DNA of 60,000 nucleotides from Squalus acanthias (Eukaryota). The stretch covers positions 11,782,001-11,842,000 of the forward strand of contig CM059433.1 in the NCBI GenBank assembly GCA_030390025.1. The letters run 5' to 3'. Under the pieces are notes generated by a model. The model had not been told where the DNA came from. It saw only the letters and a program-made list of their open reading frames with translations, and did not search any database. Position 1 is the first letter of the stretch. Each line of letters starts with the position of its first letter. Position numbers and translations under genes: made by a program. Shown here piece by piece: positions 11,290-23,864 of this stretch.

Positions 11290-14200
11290 AAAAAATGGAG
11301 CAGAGGTTATGATCTGAAATTGTTGAACTCAATGTTGAGTCCAGAGGGCTGTAAAGTGCCTAATCGAAAGATGAGGTGCTGTTCCTCGAGCCTCCGTTGA
11401 GCTTCATTAGAACAGTGCAGGAGGCCGAGGACAGAGAGATCAGAGTGGGAGTGGGGCAGAGAACTAAAATGACAGGCGACCAGAAGCTCAGGGTCTTGCT
11501 TGCGGACTGAACGGAAATGTTCCGCAAAGTGGTCACCCAATCTGCGTTTGGTCTCCCCAATGTAGAGGAGACCTCATCGCGAGCAGCGAATACAGTATAC
11601 TAAATTGAAAGAAGTACAAGTAAATCGCCGTTTCACCTGGAAGGAGTGTTTGGGGGCCCTGGACAGGAGAAGGTAAAAGGGCAGGTGTTGCATCTCCTGC
11701 GCTTGCACGGGAAGGTGCTGTGGGAAGGGGAGCGGGTGTTGCAGGAGTAGGAGTGGACCAGGGTGTCACGGAGGGAACGGTCCCTTCGGAATGCTGAAAG
11801 GGGAGGTGAGGGGAAGATGAGTTTGGTGGTGGCATCACGCTGGAGGTGGCGGAAATGGCAGATGATGATCAGTTGAATGTGGAGGCTGGTGGGGTGGAAG
11901 GTGAGGACGAGGAGAATCCAATCGTGGTTCTGGGACGGGCCGGAAGGGGTGAGAGTAGAAGTGTGGGCAATGGGACGGACACTGTTGAGGGCCCTGTCAA
12001 CCACAGTGGCAGGGAATCCTCGGTTGAGGAAAAAGAAAGACATAGCGGAAGCTCTGGTATGGAAAGTGGCATCGTCAGAACAGATGTGACAGAGACGGAG
12101 AAACTGGGAGAATGGAATAGCGTCCTTAGTCAAGATAGCTGTGGGAGTCAGTGGGCTTATAATAGATATTGGTTGACAGCCTATCCCCAGAAATAGAAAT
12201 TGAGAAGTCGAGGAAGAATGGGAAGAGTCGGAGATGGACCACGTGAAGATGAGGGAAGGGTGGAAATTGGAAACAAAGTTGATGAAATTTTCCAGTTTGG
12301 AGCAAGAGCAGGAAATAGTGCCGATACAGTCATCAATATACCAGAAAAAGAGGCAAGGAAGGGTACCCAAGTGGGACTGGAACAAAGAATGTTCCACATA
12401 TCCCATAAAAAGGCAGGCATAGCTAGGACCCATACGGGTTCCCATAGCAACGCATTTTATTTGGAGGATGTGAGTGGAGCCAAAGGAGAAGTTATTCAGT
12501 TAAGGCCAGAAAACTGGAAACTGTTAAAGTGGCGGAGGGCATTAGAAGAGTCACGGATGTAGGTGGGAAGAGACTGGACAAAGAGAGAAAAAATAGAGTT
12601 GAGATAGGAAGAAATCAGTTCATCATAGAATCATAGAAATTTACAGCACAGAAGGAAGCCATTCGGCCCATCTTCTCCGTGCTGGCTGACAAAGAGCTAT
12701 CCACCCTAATCCCACTTTCCAGCTCTTGGTCCGTAGCCTTGTAGGTTTCGGCACTTCAAGTGCATATCCAAGTACTTTTTAAATGTGATGAGCGTTTCTG
12801 CCTCTACCACCCTTTCAGGCAGTGAGTTCCAGCCCCCACAACCCTCTTGGTAAAAAAAATTCTCCTCAAATCCCCTCTAAACCTCCTACCAATTACTTTA
12901 AATCTATGCCCCCTGGTTATTGACCCTTCTGCTAAGGGAAATAGGTCCTTCCTATCCACTCTATCTAGGCCCCTCATAATTTTATCAACCTCAATTAGGT
13001 CTCCCCTCAGCCTCCTCTGTTCCAAAGAAAACAACCACAGCCTATCCAATACAATAGCAAGCTCCCAGCCTATCCAATCTTTCCTCATAGCTAAAATTCC
13101 CTAGCCCAGGCAACATCCTCGTAAATCTCCTCTGCACCCTCTCTAATGCAATCACATCCTTCCTCTGATGTGGTGACCAGAACTGCACGCAGTATTCTAG
13201 CTGCGGCCTAACTAGTGTTTTATACAGTTCAAGCATGACCTCCCTGCTCTTATATTCTATGCCTCGGCTAATAAAGGCAAGTATGCCGTATGCCTTCTAA
13301 ACCACCTTATCCACCTGTCCTGCTCCCTTCAGGGATCCGTGGACATGCAATCCAAGGTCCCTCTGATCCTCTTCACTTCTCAGTGTCCTACCATTTATTG
13401 TGTATTCCCTTGCCTTGTTAGTTCTCCCCAAATGCATTACCTCACAATTCTCCGGATTGAATTCCATTTGCCACTGTTCTGCCCACCAGACCAGTCCATT
13501 GATATCTTCCTGCAGTCTGCAGCTTTCTTCTTCATTATCAACCACACGGCCATTTTGTGTATCATCTGCAAACTTCTTAAGCATACTTCCTACATTCAAG
13601 TCCAGTTCTGTGGGGCAAGATCAGGCTGCAATGATAGGTCTACCAGGGCAGTCCTGTTTGTGGATCCTGGAAAGGAGGTAGAAGCGGGCTGTGCAGGGTT
13701 GGGGGACTATGAGGTTGGAGGTCATGGAGGGAAGATCTCCCGAGGAGATGAGGTCAGTGACAGTCTGAGAAGCGATGGCTTGATGTTTGACGGTGAGGTG
13801 ATGGTCCAGGGCGAGGCAGGAGGAGGTGTCAGAGAGTTGGTGGCTGCAGCCTCCGCAAGGTAGAGGTCGGTTCGCCAAACAACAGCAGTGCCACCCTTGT
13901 CAGCAGGTTTAACGGCAATATTAGGGTTGAACCTGAGAGAACAAAGTGCTGCAAGTACAGATGGAGGTAGGTTGGAGTGAATGAGGGGAGCAGAGAAATT
14001 GAGACGGCTGATGTCACGCCGGCAGTTCCCAATTAAAAGATCTAGAGAGGGTAAGAGCCAGAGGGAGGAGACCAGGTGAAACGAGAATTCTAAAGTCTGA
14101 AGTCAGGAGAAAGACTCCTGGCCAAAGAAGTGGGTGCGGAGGTGAAGGCGATGGAAGAAGAGCTCAGCATCGTGCCGAGCTCGAAATTAATTGAGGTGGG

Positions 14201-14310
14201 GGAGCAAGGGAATGAAGACGAAGCCTTTGCTGAGGACTGATCATTCAGGGTCAGAGAGGGGAAGGTCAGAGGCGATAGTGAAAACACGACAAGTGGTGAG
14301 ATTGGAAGGA
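11290..14310 (-). mobile_element. Degenerate Penelope-like retroelement (RT plus GIY-YIG), interrupted by a CR1 at 12623-13600
   Basis: RT motifs AMGTRMGPSYACLFMG and YIDDCIG (ORF 11633-12445), upstream ARFYLL..IHKQDCPGRPII, and a GIY-YIG-type tail (GDHFAEH...VACHF...RRLEEQHLIFRLGTLQPSGLNIEF). Several frameshifts. Confidence 0.88.
12623..13600 (-). mobile_element. CR1 3' fragment nested in the Penelope element
   Basis: KFADDT...WQMEFN..CEVMHLG, LYKTLVRPQLEYCVQFWSP, and (TTCTATGA)n tail at about 12623-12640. Confidence 0.9.
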
Positions 14311-14705
14311 CTGAACATTGAGTTCAACTATTTCAGATCGTAATCACTGCTCCCATACTATTCCTATTTACACCTCCTCCAGACCCATCTTTTGTTTCTT
14401 TACTTGTCCCATTGCCATCCACTTTCACCTTGCACCATCATTCCTTTGTCATTTAATCTCTCCTGCCTTCCACCTTAGCACAGACCTTCCCTTTTGTTCA
14501 TTCCCTCCGCTCCCCCCTTTCCCAGCCTCTGTACTTGCTTAAAACCAGTTACATCTCTAACTTTTTCCAGTTCTGAGGAAAGGTCATCAGCCTGAAATGT
14601 TAACTCTGTTTCTCTCTCCACAGGTGCTGCCTGACCTGCTAAGTTTTCCCAGCATTTTCTGTTTTTATTTCAGATTTCCAGCATCCGCAGTATTTTGCTT
14701 TTTAT
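14308..14705 (+). mobile_element. Penelope pLTR in inverted orientation at the 5' side of the element
   Basis: Starts GGACTGAACATTGAGTTCAACTATTTCAGATC, matching the ORF end at 11307-11345 on the opposite strand. Contains a degenerate hammerhead at about 14570-14605. Confidence 0.75.
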
Positions 14706-14819
14706 CCTCATTGAAGTACTTATGAACTGTACTTCACCAACAGTTGGCGGCAGGGAATTCCACGTTCTAATCACCTGCGGTGTACAGAAACTTTTTCTAA
14801 CCTCCCCCTTAAATTTCTG

Positions 14820-15523
14820 TGATGCGGAGATGCCGGTGTTGGACTGGGGTGGACAAAAATGAGATGTCGCACAACACCAGGTTATAGTCCAACAGTTTTA
14901 TTTGAAATCACGAGCTTTCGGAGCTCTGCTCCTTCTTCAGGTAACCTGATGAAGGAGCAGCGCTCCGAAAGCTCGTGATTTCAAATAAAACTGTTGGGGG
15001 GAAAAATTCAGTTGGTTGCGCCTCCCGTTAGTGCCTTAAGAGGGCGCTAATGGGGCGCAAAGCATCTAGCGCCCAGGCGCGGCGAAGTTTGCGCCGCTCG
15101 CGAAATTAACTAGACATTTTGCGGCGGTGCTAAACATTACCGCCACGATCTTCTGCGCCGGCAGGCCGAGATTCAAGGCTGCAATGAGCAGGATGTGGAT
15201 GGAGAGCAAGATTAACCCTCCCCTTTAAGAACTGGCCGGCGCCATTGTGTCTGTGTTCCATTGCTGACTGACATCACATGAGCTTCGCCAGCGCTCTGAG
15301 GTAGCGCCTCGCTGCTCGGCCTTTGCGCCTTAAGACAGGTGTGAAGCGTCTGATTTAGCGCTGCAATCACCTCCAGGGGCGATAAAAGTCAAGTTTGCAG
15401 TCGGTGGCGATAATTAGCGCCAGGCGCTAATCTTTGCGCCTAGCCGATAATTGCGCCCCAAATGGGGCGATACTGAATTTCTCCCCCTTGGACTATAACC
15501 TGGTGTTGTGCGACTTCTCATTT
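14820..15523. mobile_element. Head-to-head inverted pair of Penelope pLTR ends, with a MITE inserted in the right arm
   Basis: Palindrome centred at about 14943 (TCAGGTAACCTGA). AAATTTCT occurs on both flanks as a possible TSD. Confidence 0.75.
14997..15487 (-). mobile_element. Harbinger MITE family A, short deletion variant (491 bp)
   Basis: Same TIRs as family A and TSD TTG. About 400 bp of the middle is missing, with the junction GCCGGCAG/GCCGAG at about 15160-15170. Confidence 0.88.
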
Positions 15524-15535
15524 GAAATTTCTATA

Positions 15536-16340
15536 TCAGTGCTCCTGATACTGTGTTTGTTCGGAGGCCTTTTCATTTATCAGTTTCCTGGCCTTCATGC
15601 ATCAGTGGTCCTTGCTGTACATCTGTTGGGATCATCATGTGTTGCTCCCTCTGGCACAATCACGTCCTGGCAAAAGGCATCGTCACGTACAAGTGCATAA
15701 GATTCAATCTGTTTCTGACAAAGGACTGCCACACATTTGCACTCCTGGCTCCAATCCTGACAGGAGTCCTAATTATACATCAGTGCTCTTGACTCAATCT
15801 ATTCCTGGCGAGGAGGCCTTGCCATGTATCAATGCTCTGGCTCAATCCATTTATAGTAAAAGACCTTGTCATGTGTCAGTGCTTCTGACTCCACTCCTGG
15901 CAAGAGGCCTAATCGTGTATCAGTGCTCCTGGTTCTAGTCCGAAGAGGAGGCCTTGTCATGTATCAGTACTCCTGGCATCACTTCAGACAGGAGCTCATC
16001 AGGTGTTAGTGCCCCTGGCTCACTCCGGTCTTGGCAACAGACCTTACAATGAACCTGTGCTCTTGGCTGCACTCCTGCTAAGAGACCAAGTCATATGTTG
16101 GTGCTCCTGGCACATGAGCTACTCATAGATCATGCTTTGGCTGCAGTCCTGTTGAGAGGACTTTTATCACTGCTCTGGGTAAAAAAAAACCTTGTTGTGC
16201 CTCAGTTCTCCTAGCAAGAAGCAGTAATGTATTAAGGCTCCTGGATCTGCTCCTGGCAGGAAACCTTGCTGCATGAATGACCCGAGCTCCAACTCCGTCA
16301 AGAGGTGCTGTCATATATCAGTAGTCCTGGCTGCAATCCT
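15536..16340 (+). repeat. Degenerate tandem repeat, unit about 45 bp
   Basis: ATCAGTGCTCCTGGCTC...CCTGGCAAGAGGCCTTGTCATGT-like motif recurs at about 44-49 bp spacing. Confidence 0.65.
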
Positions 16341-16824
16341 GTCAGGGAACCTTCTCATGCCTCAGCGATCCTCTCCCAACCTGATAAACACAAGCACGAG
16401 CCTGATGTGCCAGCTGTGATTTTTGCTTGTTCTCAGTCGGGCCCCAAATGCTGTCAGTGATTGTCTCGGGTCCACCAGCTAGGAGGTTTGCTTTGTAGAA
16501 ACAATTCAATTCCAGCCACAATTACTTAGCATCCTCAATCACCTGAAGCTCCCAAAGGAAGCTGCGAATGTTAACACCGGAGAATAACGCAGTTCACTGA
16601 GCATCAATGACGGTAACTTGTGAGACTGAGCTCACCTAACTGAGATAGATGCGTCAGAGTAAGGCAGAACTCTGTCCCTTGAACTCCTAATCCCTATATT
16701 GGAACCATTTATTAAACTGCTTGGACCGTTCTGCTTTTTTTCCATTGATTCCCCTTCCCACCATTCATGCCATCGGTAGTACAGGGTAATCCAACCAGCA
16801 GACAATGCCACAAATGCTCTCAGT

Positions 16825-16954
16825 GATGAGGGAAATAAACTTGCAGGGCTACGGGGATAGAGCGGGGAAATGGGACTGACTCGATTGCTCTGCAGAGAGC
16901 CGGCACGGACTCGATGGGCTGAATGGCCTCCTTCTGTGCCGTTATGACTCTATA
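16825..16954 (+). mobile_element. CR1 3' end; its tail is interrupted by a MITE
   Basis: Nearly identical to 6413-6539. The TATGACT tail resumes at 17792. Confidence 0.85.
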
Positions 16955-17791
16955 GGGGGAAAAATTCGGTTGCTTAGCGCCTCCCGTTAGCGCCCTCGTG
17001 AAATTGACCGGATATTTTGCAGGCGGCACTAAACATTATCGCCACGATCTCCTGCGCCCGCAGATCGTGACGTCAGTCGAGCGCTGCAACGCCCCGGTAG
17101 CGCCCCGGACCGGATATTGAGTGGCGCCCCCTGCCCTTCTGCCTGCCGCAAGGAACGACAGGTAGAGGGGAACGTTTTGCAGTCAGGAAGGGACTGGGGG
17201 AGCGCTAGTTAAAGGCGACCGCTTCCTGCCTTTTTTTGTCAGAGACATTTTTGCAGCACGCTTTCTGAGAGAGAGAGAGAGAGAGACTTCTGGAGAGATT
17301 CAACGCTGTGTGAAGGAGTTTTGGGTACTGAGCAGCACTTTGCAGGCTCATTTTGATTTGACCTTCCTTGCATCGATTTAGAAGAGACTGTGGGGGCTGC
17401 ACTCTGAGCTCTTTCCCTGGGCCTCTCCATTGTTCTTTCCAGCAGAATTGATGTACAGGTCTCTCCAGGCCGAGATTCAAGGCTGCAATGAGCAGGGTGT
17501 GGATGGAGAGCAAGATCGACCCTCCCCTTTAAGAACTGACCAACGCTAGTGTGTCTGTGTTCCATTGCTGACTGACATCACATGAGCTTCGCCAGCACTC
17601 TGAGTTAGCGCCTCGCTCCTCGGCCTTTGCGCCTTAAGAGAGGTGTGTAGCGCCTGATTTAGCGCTCCAATCACCTCCAGGGGCGATAAAAGCCAAGTTT
17701 GCAGTCGGAGGCGATAATTAGCGCCAGGCGCTAAACTTTGCGCCCGGCCGATAATTGCACCCCAAACGGGGCGATACTGAATTTCTCCCCC
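16955..17791 (-). mobile_element. Harbinger MITE family A
   Basis: TIRs GGGGGAAAAATTC / GAATTTCTCCCCC. Flanks are TAT(A) and TAT. Opposite orientation to 6540-7434. Confidence 0.88.
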
Positions 17792-18834
17792 TATGACTAT
17801 GATTGTCTCTGGTCCATAGCTAGGAGGTTTGCTTAGTAGAAACAATCTAATTCTAGCTGCATTTACCGACTATCCTCAATCAGCTGGAGTTGATAAACTC
17901 TCCCAGAGGAAGGTGGAAGTGTTAACACCGGAGAATAACTCAGGTCTTTGAGTTGAGCATTGAAAGGTCTAAGAGACACAGTCGCCCCTCAGTGACCCGG
18001 TAGCATTTGTCACTGAGATTGCTGGATTATTGAAGAGCATTCTAAATAGTTTGTTTTTTCAAACGTACTTTTTTTTACAGCTTTGTGCGTTCAGCAAGAG
18101 AATTTGCCAAACTCAATCAGGTTGAGGAAAGGAAAAGAAATCTCTCGGAAAGATTCCAAAATGCTGCAAAAAGGAATGGATTGCTCGTCATCGGGGTCCC
18201 AAAAATCTACGGGCCAGCAATCCCAGCACTTATACCAGGATCGTGCCCACACGTTCTTCCACCGCTGACCCTGGAAGGTTCCCTAACTAACCTGCAAATG
18301 GTGGAGGCCCATTCTACTAGGAACACACTAAGGCGTATGAAAGAAGCTAGAAAGAACCCAGCATAGATGCTCAGGTCAAGAAAGACGTTGGCCCTCAGAA
18401 ACTTCCACAGCCTCCTTAGCAAGAGGACCACTTTAAAAAAAAAGGTTTTAAAATGTTGCCAGATGTTCAGGAGTCCGTGCCCAGGTGGGCCTCACAACTG
18501 TCGATAAGTCAGCCGATCTTCCTGCTCTGACCAAACATACCTGCACTAACCATATACTGGCTCCTTGCGGAGGCCCACGGCACAGGAACTCCATCTTCAC
18601 CATGCCTGCCCCCTTTACGGTGATGGCCTTGTAAGAGGCGGGCAGATGCTCCTCCCGCACAAGGCCATCTTGGAAGTCTGGTAGCCGAGGCGAGCACCTG
18701 GCCAATCCGAGTCCCGGCTTATGGAAGCTATGGCAGTGGTCTGCCGGAACAGCCATTGTTCTAAGGGCCTGGGAAGGTCTTTTCTGGTCCTGTGCATTCC
18801 GATGTGTCTATGAATGACTTTGAAATGGAGTGAC

Positions 18835-19520
18835 TGTTACGTAGTTAAACATTTTGCACACAGCATGATCCCACAAATAGCAATGAGATAATTAACTAGT
18901 AATGACTTTCTTGGTGGTGTTGATTGAGGGAGGGAATGTTTGCAGGATATCAGCATGACTCTCTCCATTTCTGTGACTAGTAGGGTAAGATCGTGAACAT
19001 CCATAGGTACTAAAGGAACAGGCAGGTGCTGCATCAATCTCATGTCCCAGCCAAAGGGCTGACGTGTCTGGCATTGCAGCTCTCCCCAGTACTGCAGTGG
19101 AGTAGCGGACTAGATCATGTGCTCAAATCCTGGAGTGGAGCTTGAAACCGCAACCTTCTGACTAAGAAAACAAGGGGGGGAAAATTGGGTTGATTTGCGC
19201 CTCTCGTTAGCACCCCCCGGGGAGCACTAACGGGGCGTAAATTCCCCCTAGCGCCCGGGCGTGGCGCCGCTAACGCCTCCCGCGAAATTCAGCGGGAGGT
19301 TAGCAGCGGCGGTAGCTCGTAGCGCCGCGATCTTCAGTTGTAGTGCCCCAAGAAGGGGGTGGAGTGCTTTCCAGTTGCGCCCCACCTCCTGCTTGGGGCG
19401 CTACTAATGAATTTCCGGCGGAGGGGCGCTAACTTTTTGGGGGCGCTAATTTTAGTGCCCCAAAGGGGGCACCACCCAATTTTTCCCCCAAGGAGTGCTA
19501 CCAACTGAGTCAAGCTAACA
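18835..19520 (-). mobile_element. Degenerate Deu-domain SINE, interrupted in its tRNA head by a MITE
   Basis: Aligns by eye with the other SINE copies; the head is split at 19172-19492. Confidence 0.65.
19175..19489. mobile_element. Short Harbinger MITE (315 bp)
   Basis: TIR GGGGGGAAAATTGGGT / ACCCAATTTTTCCCCC, TSD AAG, and TAGCGCC subterminal motifs. Confidence 0.85.
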
Positions 19521-20528
19521 CCGATGGGTCAGGAAGGTGAAGCACATGTAAATGATTAGCTGCTGACGAAAGGTGATGTTGACCAGGTTTTTGAGAGAAA
19601 ACTGCTTTCAATGAGTAAATTGTGCCATTGTTACTATTGTTAGAGACGGAATAATATCGGAGGTGTCCTCGGCTCTTCCACCGAAGGTACGACAGATGAT
19701 TATTGCAAGCAAAGCCTTGGTGCAAATCTTGTTTCTAATAAATTTGCACTGGGAATTGCATCAGATTGATTATCAACGTTCAAAGTCGAGGAGCACAACT
19801 GGAGGATTGTTCTTTTCTGCTTCAATTTGAATAAAAGCCACTTCCAACAGAACAAACATAATGTAGCCTCGTGAGTTTACATTTATCTGGAATATATAAA
19901 CATGTCCATATATTTTGATAAGGAAGATTATAAATGTTTCTATTTAGGAACGTCTGTTGATGTTGAATTAATGATATCATTAGTTACCAGCTCTTTGATA
20001 ATTGCAATCCACATCCAAGTATCTTTATAATACATGACAGTGCAGTTAATAATGCAATTTAATACAAGTTTGAGAATTTTCCCATCTTAATGGATGATCG
20101 CATTATCACACAATTGCTTGCAAATGTTTTATTGATTTAAATTACGTAATCATTTAATAGCTAGAAATATTACTTAGCAACAAAAATGAGCAAGCTACCA
20201 AAAATTTTATTCAGCCTTCCTGTGAGTCATTTGAATCATTCTCTGCCGGCGAGTTACTGATCCTGCTGTCCACATCACATTGGCGGCGTGAAGTAGGTTG
20301 AACTTTGTTGAGGTTGGGCTGAGGCACATTATTGGGGCAGAGTAAAGGGAGCTTTTGTTTGATTCTAACTATATACTTGAGCTAGATCGATGCTGACATT
20401 GGGTGCCTCAAGTCAAAGGTGTTACATGCCCCTCAACAAAAAAGTCTTTGAGATATAGTTAAACATCTTTTGCACACTCAGGATGGATCCCACAGGCGCA
20501 GCATCAGTGACTCGTTTAGGCGCTGCTT

Positions 20529-20662
20529 TGTCAGCTTGACTCGATTGGTAGCACTTTCATTCCTGAGTCAGGAGGTTGTAGGTTCAAGCCCCATTTGAGC
20601 ACATAATGTAGGCCGATACGGCAGTGCAGTGCTGAGGGAAGTGCTGCACTGTTGGAAGCCTG
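20529..20662 (+). mobile_element. Deu-domain SINE 5' part
   Basis: TGTCAGCTTGACTC...GGTTCAAGCCCC tRNA-like head followed by GCAGTGCTGAGGGA. Confidence 0.65.
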
Positions 20663-20665
20663 TCC

Positions 20666-20945
20666 ATAGAAACATAGAAACATCGAAAAATAGGAGCAGG
20701 AGTAGGCCATTCGTCCCTTCGAGCCTGCTCCGCCATTCAATATGATCATGGCTGATCCTCTATCTCAATACCATGTTCCCGCTCTCTCCCCATACCCCTT
20801 GATGCCTTTTGTGTCTAGAAATCTATCTATCTCCTTCTTAAATATATTCAGTGACTTGGCCTCCACAGCCTTCTGTGGTAGAGAATTCCACAGGTTCACC
20901 ACCCTCCTGAGTGAAGAAATTTCTCCTCATCTCAGTCCTAAATGG
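20666..20945 (-). mobile_element. CR1 3' end
   Basis: (TTTCTATG)n tail, 3' UTR hairpin and WNSLPQKAVEA. Confidence 0.88.
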
Positions 20946-22262
20946 TTGCTATCGGAGCACAATAATCTTATGGTGTAATATAAAGCTATCAGAGCACCCA
21001 GAAAGATATGTCAATAACTGTGGAGGAGGCTGCTATCTCTCAGGCCAATGCCACATGCGGGCCATCTAGCCCTTCATCTCACATTAGGCTAGATGTGCCA
21101 GAAAGCAGACAGGATTAACCAACTACTGTAGCAGCAGACATGGCAGAACTATTTCATGACCCAGCAGAATGAGATACAGAAAGGTTCTCCTGCAGAATAC
21201 CAACAGCCAGCCACCTCATTTACACCTCTCACTGGGGGAAGCAACTAGAAGGCACACTAGAGTAGGCTCTAGATCGTACACGCCCTACACCATCATCGAA
21301 AGGAACACCCGGGTGAAAAGGCAGCCAACACACATCCACTGATCACATAGGGAAATAAATTGGTTGCACTTACTCGACTTTGTCCAGAGAGTAGCGCAGA
21401 ATAAGATAGCAGCAAATCCAAGGGTGAGATTCTTTGGGAGTTAAGGTAGTGAAGAAGACAATTTCGGGGATGGTGATCAAGCCGCTTCATAGCACGCACG
21501 TAGACAGGACTGGTAGTGAATTGGGCACTCAGCCACTTGGCCAATTTCTCCTCTGTGAGAGCCGGGCATACGACTCCCCTGCCTGTGAAGGTCCTTCTGC
21601 AGCAACACCCTCAGAGCTTCTGTGAGTGTTGTCCTTTGGTGTTGACTGCAGATGGATCTCCTTTGACCTATTTGCAAGCAAAAACTGTGCGGCATATAAT
21701 GTAGACAATGATGATCTTGGAAACCCCTTTTGGGCCTGCAGTGTAAGACACACGTCATCTGCCCAGACATCTGAAGCGCTGCCTCAAGATGCTAATAGTT
21801 TGTTCTACAATCACCGTGCATTTTTTTTTTTTTTTTTTAACTTGTCTGTTTTGTGCTCATTTTTTTGGCACCGGAATGTTTCTAATTCAGGAGGCATATG
21901 CGGAAACAAATATTGTTCGCAAAAATCCCTGGGAAACCCACTGTGATTGAAGAACCGACAAGAGTTCCGCAGAACAGGAAAATGGTTGAAGAGCAGGCAT
22001 GAAAATGCATTATAACAATACAAATGCACATTACGCTTAGGGTGTGACGAGCTATCTAATACGTACTACTGAGTCCCATGCTGGTTGGCAGGACAATTTC
22101 AAATTAATGAAGGGAGATGCTTTGAAAGCACCCAGGTGCAGAAAGAAAGCCTGCCAGGGGAGATCAGCAAGCACCCGCAACACCAATCATATCTGTAGGC
22201 CCTGGCACACCTGGCAATGGCAAAGGACCAGTTGGTTCCATCGGGTCTGAGTCAGGACTAAA

Positions 22263-23065
22263 AACATAAGAACATGAGAAGTAAGAGCAGGAGTAGGCCA
22301 TATGGCCCCTCGAGCCTGCTCCGCCATTCAATAAGATCATGGCTGATCATCGACCTCAACTCCACTTTCCCGCCCGATTGCCATATCCCTTGATTCCTCC
22401 AGAGTCCAAAAATCTATCGATCTCAGCCTTGAATATACTCAAAGACAAAGCATTCACAGCCCTCTGTGGTAGAGAATTCCAAAGATTCACAACCCTCAGT
22501 GAAGAAATTTCTCCTCATCTCAGTCTTAAATGACCTACCCCTTATCCTGAGACAATGCACCCTAGTTCAAGACACTCCAGCCAGGGGAAACAACCTCTCA
22601 GCATCTACCCTGTCAATCCCCTTCAGCATCTTGTATGTTTCAATGAGATAACCTCTCATTCTTCTAGACTCCAGAGAGTATAGGCCCATTCTACACAATC
22701 TCTTATCATAGGACAGCCCTCTCATATCAGGAATCAATCCAGTGAACCTTCGTTGCACCGCCTCCAAGGCAAGTATATCCTTCCTTAGATAAGGAGACCA
22801 AAACTGTGCACCGTACTCCAGGTGTGGTCTCACCAAAGCCCTGTACAATTGTAGCAAGACTTCCTTACTCTTATTCTCCAACCCCCTTGCAATAAAGGCC
22901 AACATGCCATTCGCCTTCCTTATTGCTTGCTGTACCTGCATGCTAGCTTTCTGTGTTTCTTGCACGAGGACACCCAAATCTCTCTGAACACCAACATTTG
23001 AAAGTTTCTCACCATTTAAAAAATATTCTGTTTTTCTATTCTTCCTACCAAAGTGAATAACCTCA
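22263..23065 (-). mobile_element. CR1 3' fragment
   Basis: ORF 22567-23145 carries EVIHFGRKN...RDLGV...LYRALVRPHLEY. Confidence 0.92.
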
Positions 23066-23396
23066 CTAAGCCAGTGGCAGCATTGTACCATCAGCTGCAA
23101 GGACATCTGGAGCCAACTAGCAAAGGAATGGCGTTGCCAGGGCAAGAAGAGTAACCACGGTCTTCAACATTTCTGCCTCAGTCCCTTACAGGTTAGAATA
23201 TGGATCATCAGAAGTTTGGGCCAAAGGTGTTGGGTACACATGTAAGAAAGAGGGGACTGATGCACTGGTCAACATGGCTAGCCCTTTCATCTTTCTTCCC
23301 ACTGAATAGCAACAGAAGCAATGGCACCACTGCATTTCCCAATGTAGAGTGATTATTGATGGCTGCTAACGTGGCCATCCCGGCACCAGTACCCTG

Positions 23397-23625
23397 TGAC
23401 ATTAATCTTGTCATTCATGTGGAAATGACTTATGAAGTAATACTGGGCGGCCTGCTGGTGGCGCTGTCTAGGGAGAGTATAAATACTCGGGCATGGGCCC
23501 AGCTTGCTCAGGACATTCTTTAACAGGAACTAGTGAAGGACACAACTAGACCTCCATGTTGAAAAACAGTTGATTAAAGCTTTGTTTAACGCTTAGACCA
23601 AGTGCCTAGTAGTTTTCTTACGTCA
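23397..23625 (+). mobile_element. Solo LTR (229 bp), copy 2
   Basis: TGAC...GTCA ends and 5-bp TSD CCCTG. Confidence 0.85.
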
Positions 23626-23789
23626 CCCTGCACCTCATCTGCCACCACAACTCCCCTCATCCTTCCCTGTGGACTGTCACTCATCCTTTGCTACCTCTTC
23701 AACCTCATTAACTGTATCCTCTGCTGTGTGTGGAGCTGTGCTGTGCCTGGAAATGTTGATCTGTGAGAGGCTGTGAGGTACTGTCTTAC

Positions 23790-23813
23790 CCTGGGCAGGC
23801 TCTTGTTCCAAAC
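23790..23813 (-). other. Candidate 24-nt micro-exon of the DCDC2-family gene
   Basis: Acceptor ttgttccttttctgtcatcgtag and donor AGG|gtaaga flank GTTTGGAACAAGAGCCTGCCCAGG. Length is frame-preserving and there is no stop. No homology support. Confidence 0.25.
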
Positions 23814-23864
23814 CTACGATGACAGAAAAGGAACAAATGTGTGAAGACGGGCCCAACCTGTTCT

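Noticed and set aside
18060..18810. Possible plus-strand exon or L1/Tx1 ORF1 remnant
   Set aside because: Too degenerate to assign; no convincing motif or splice pair.
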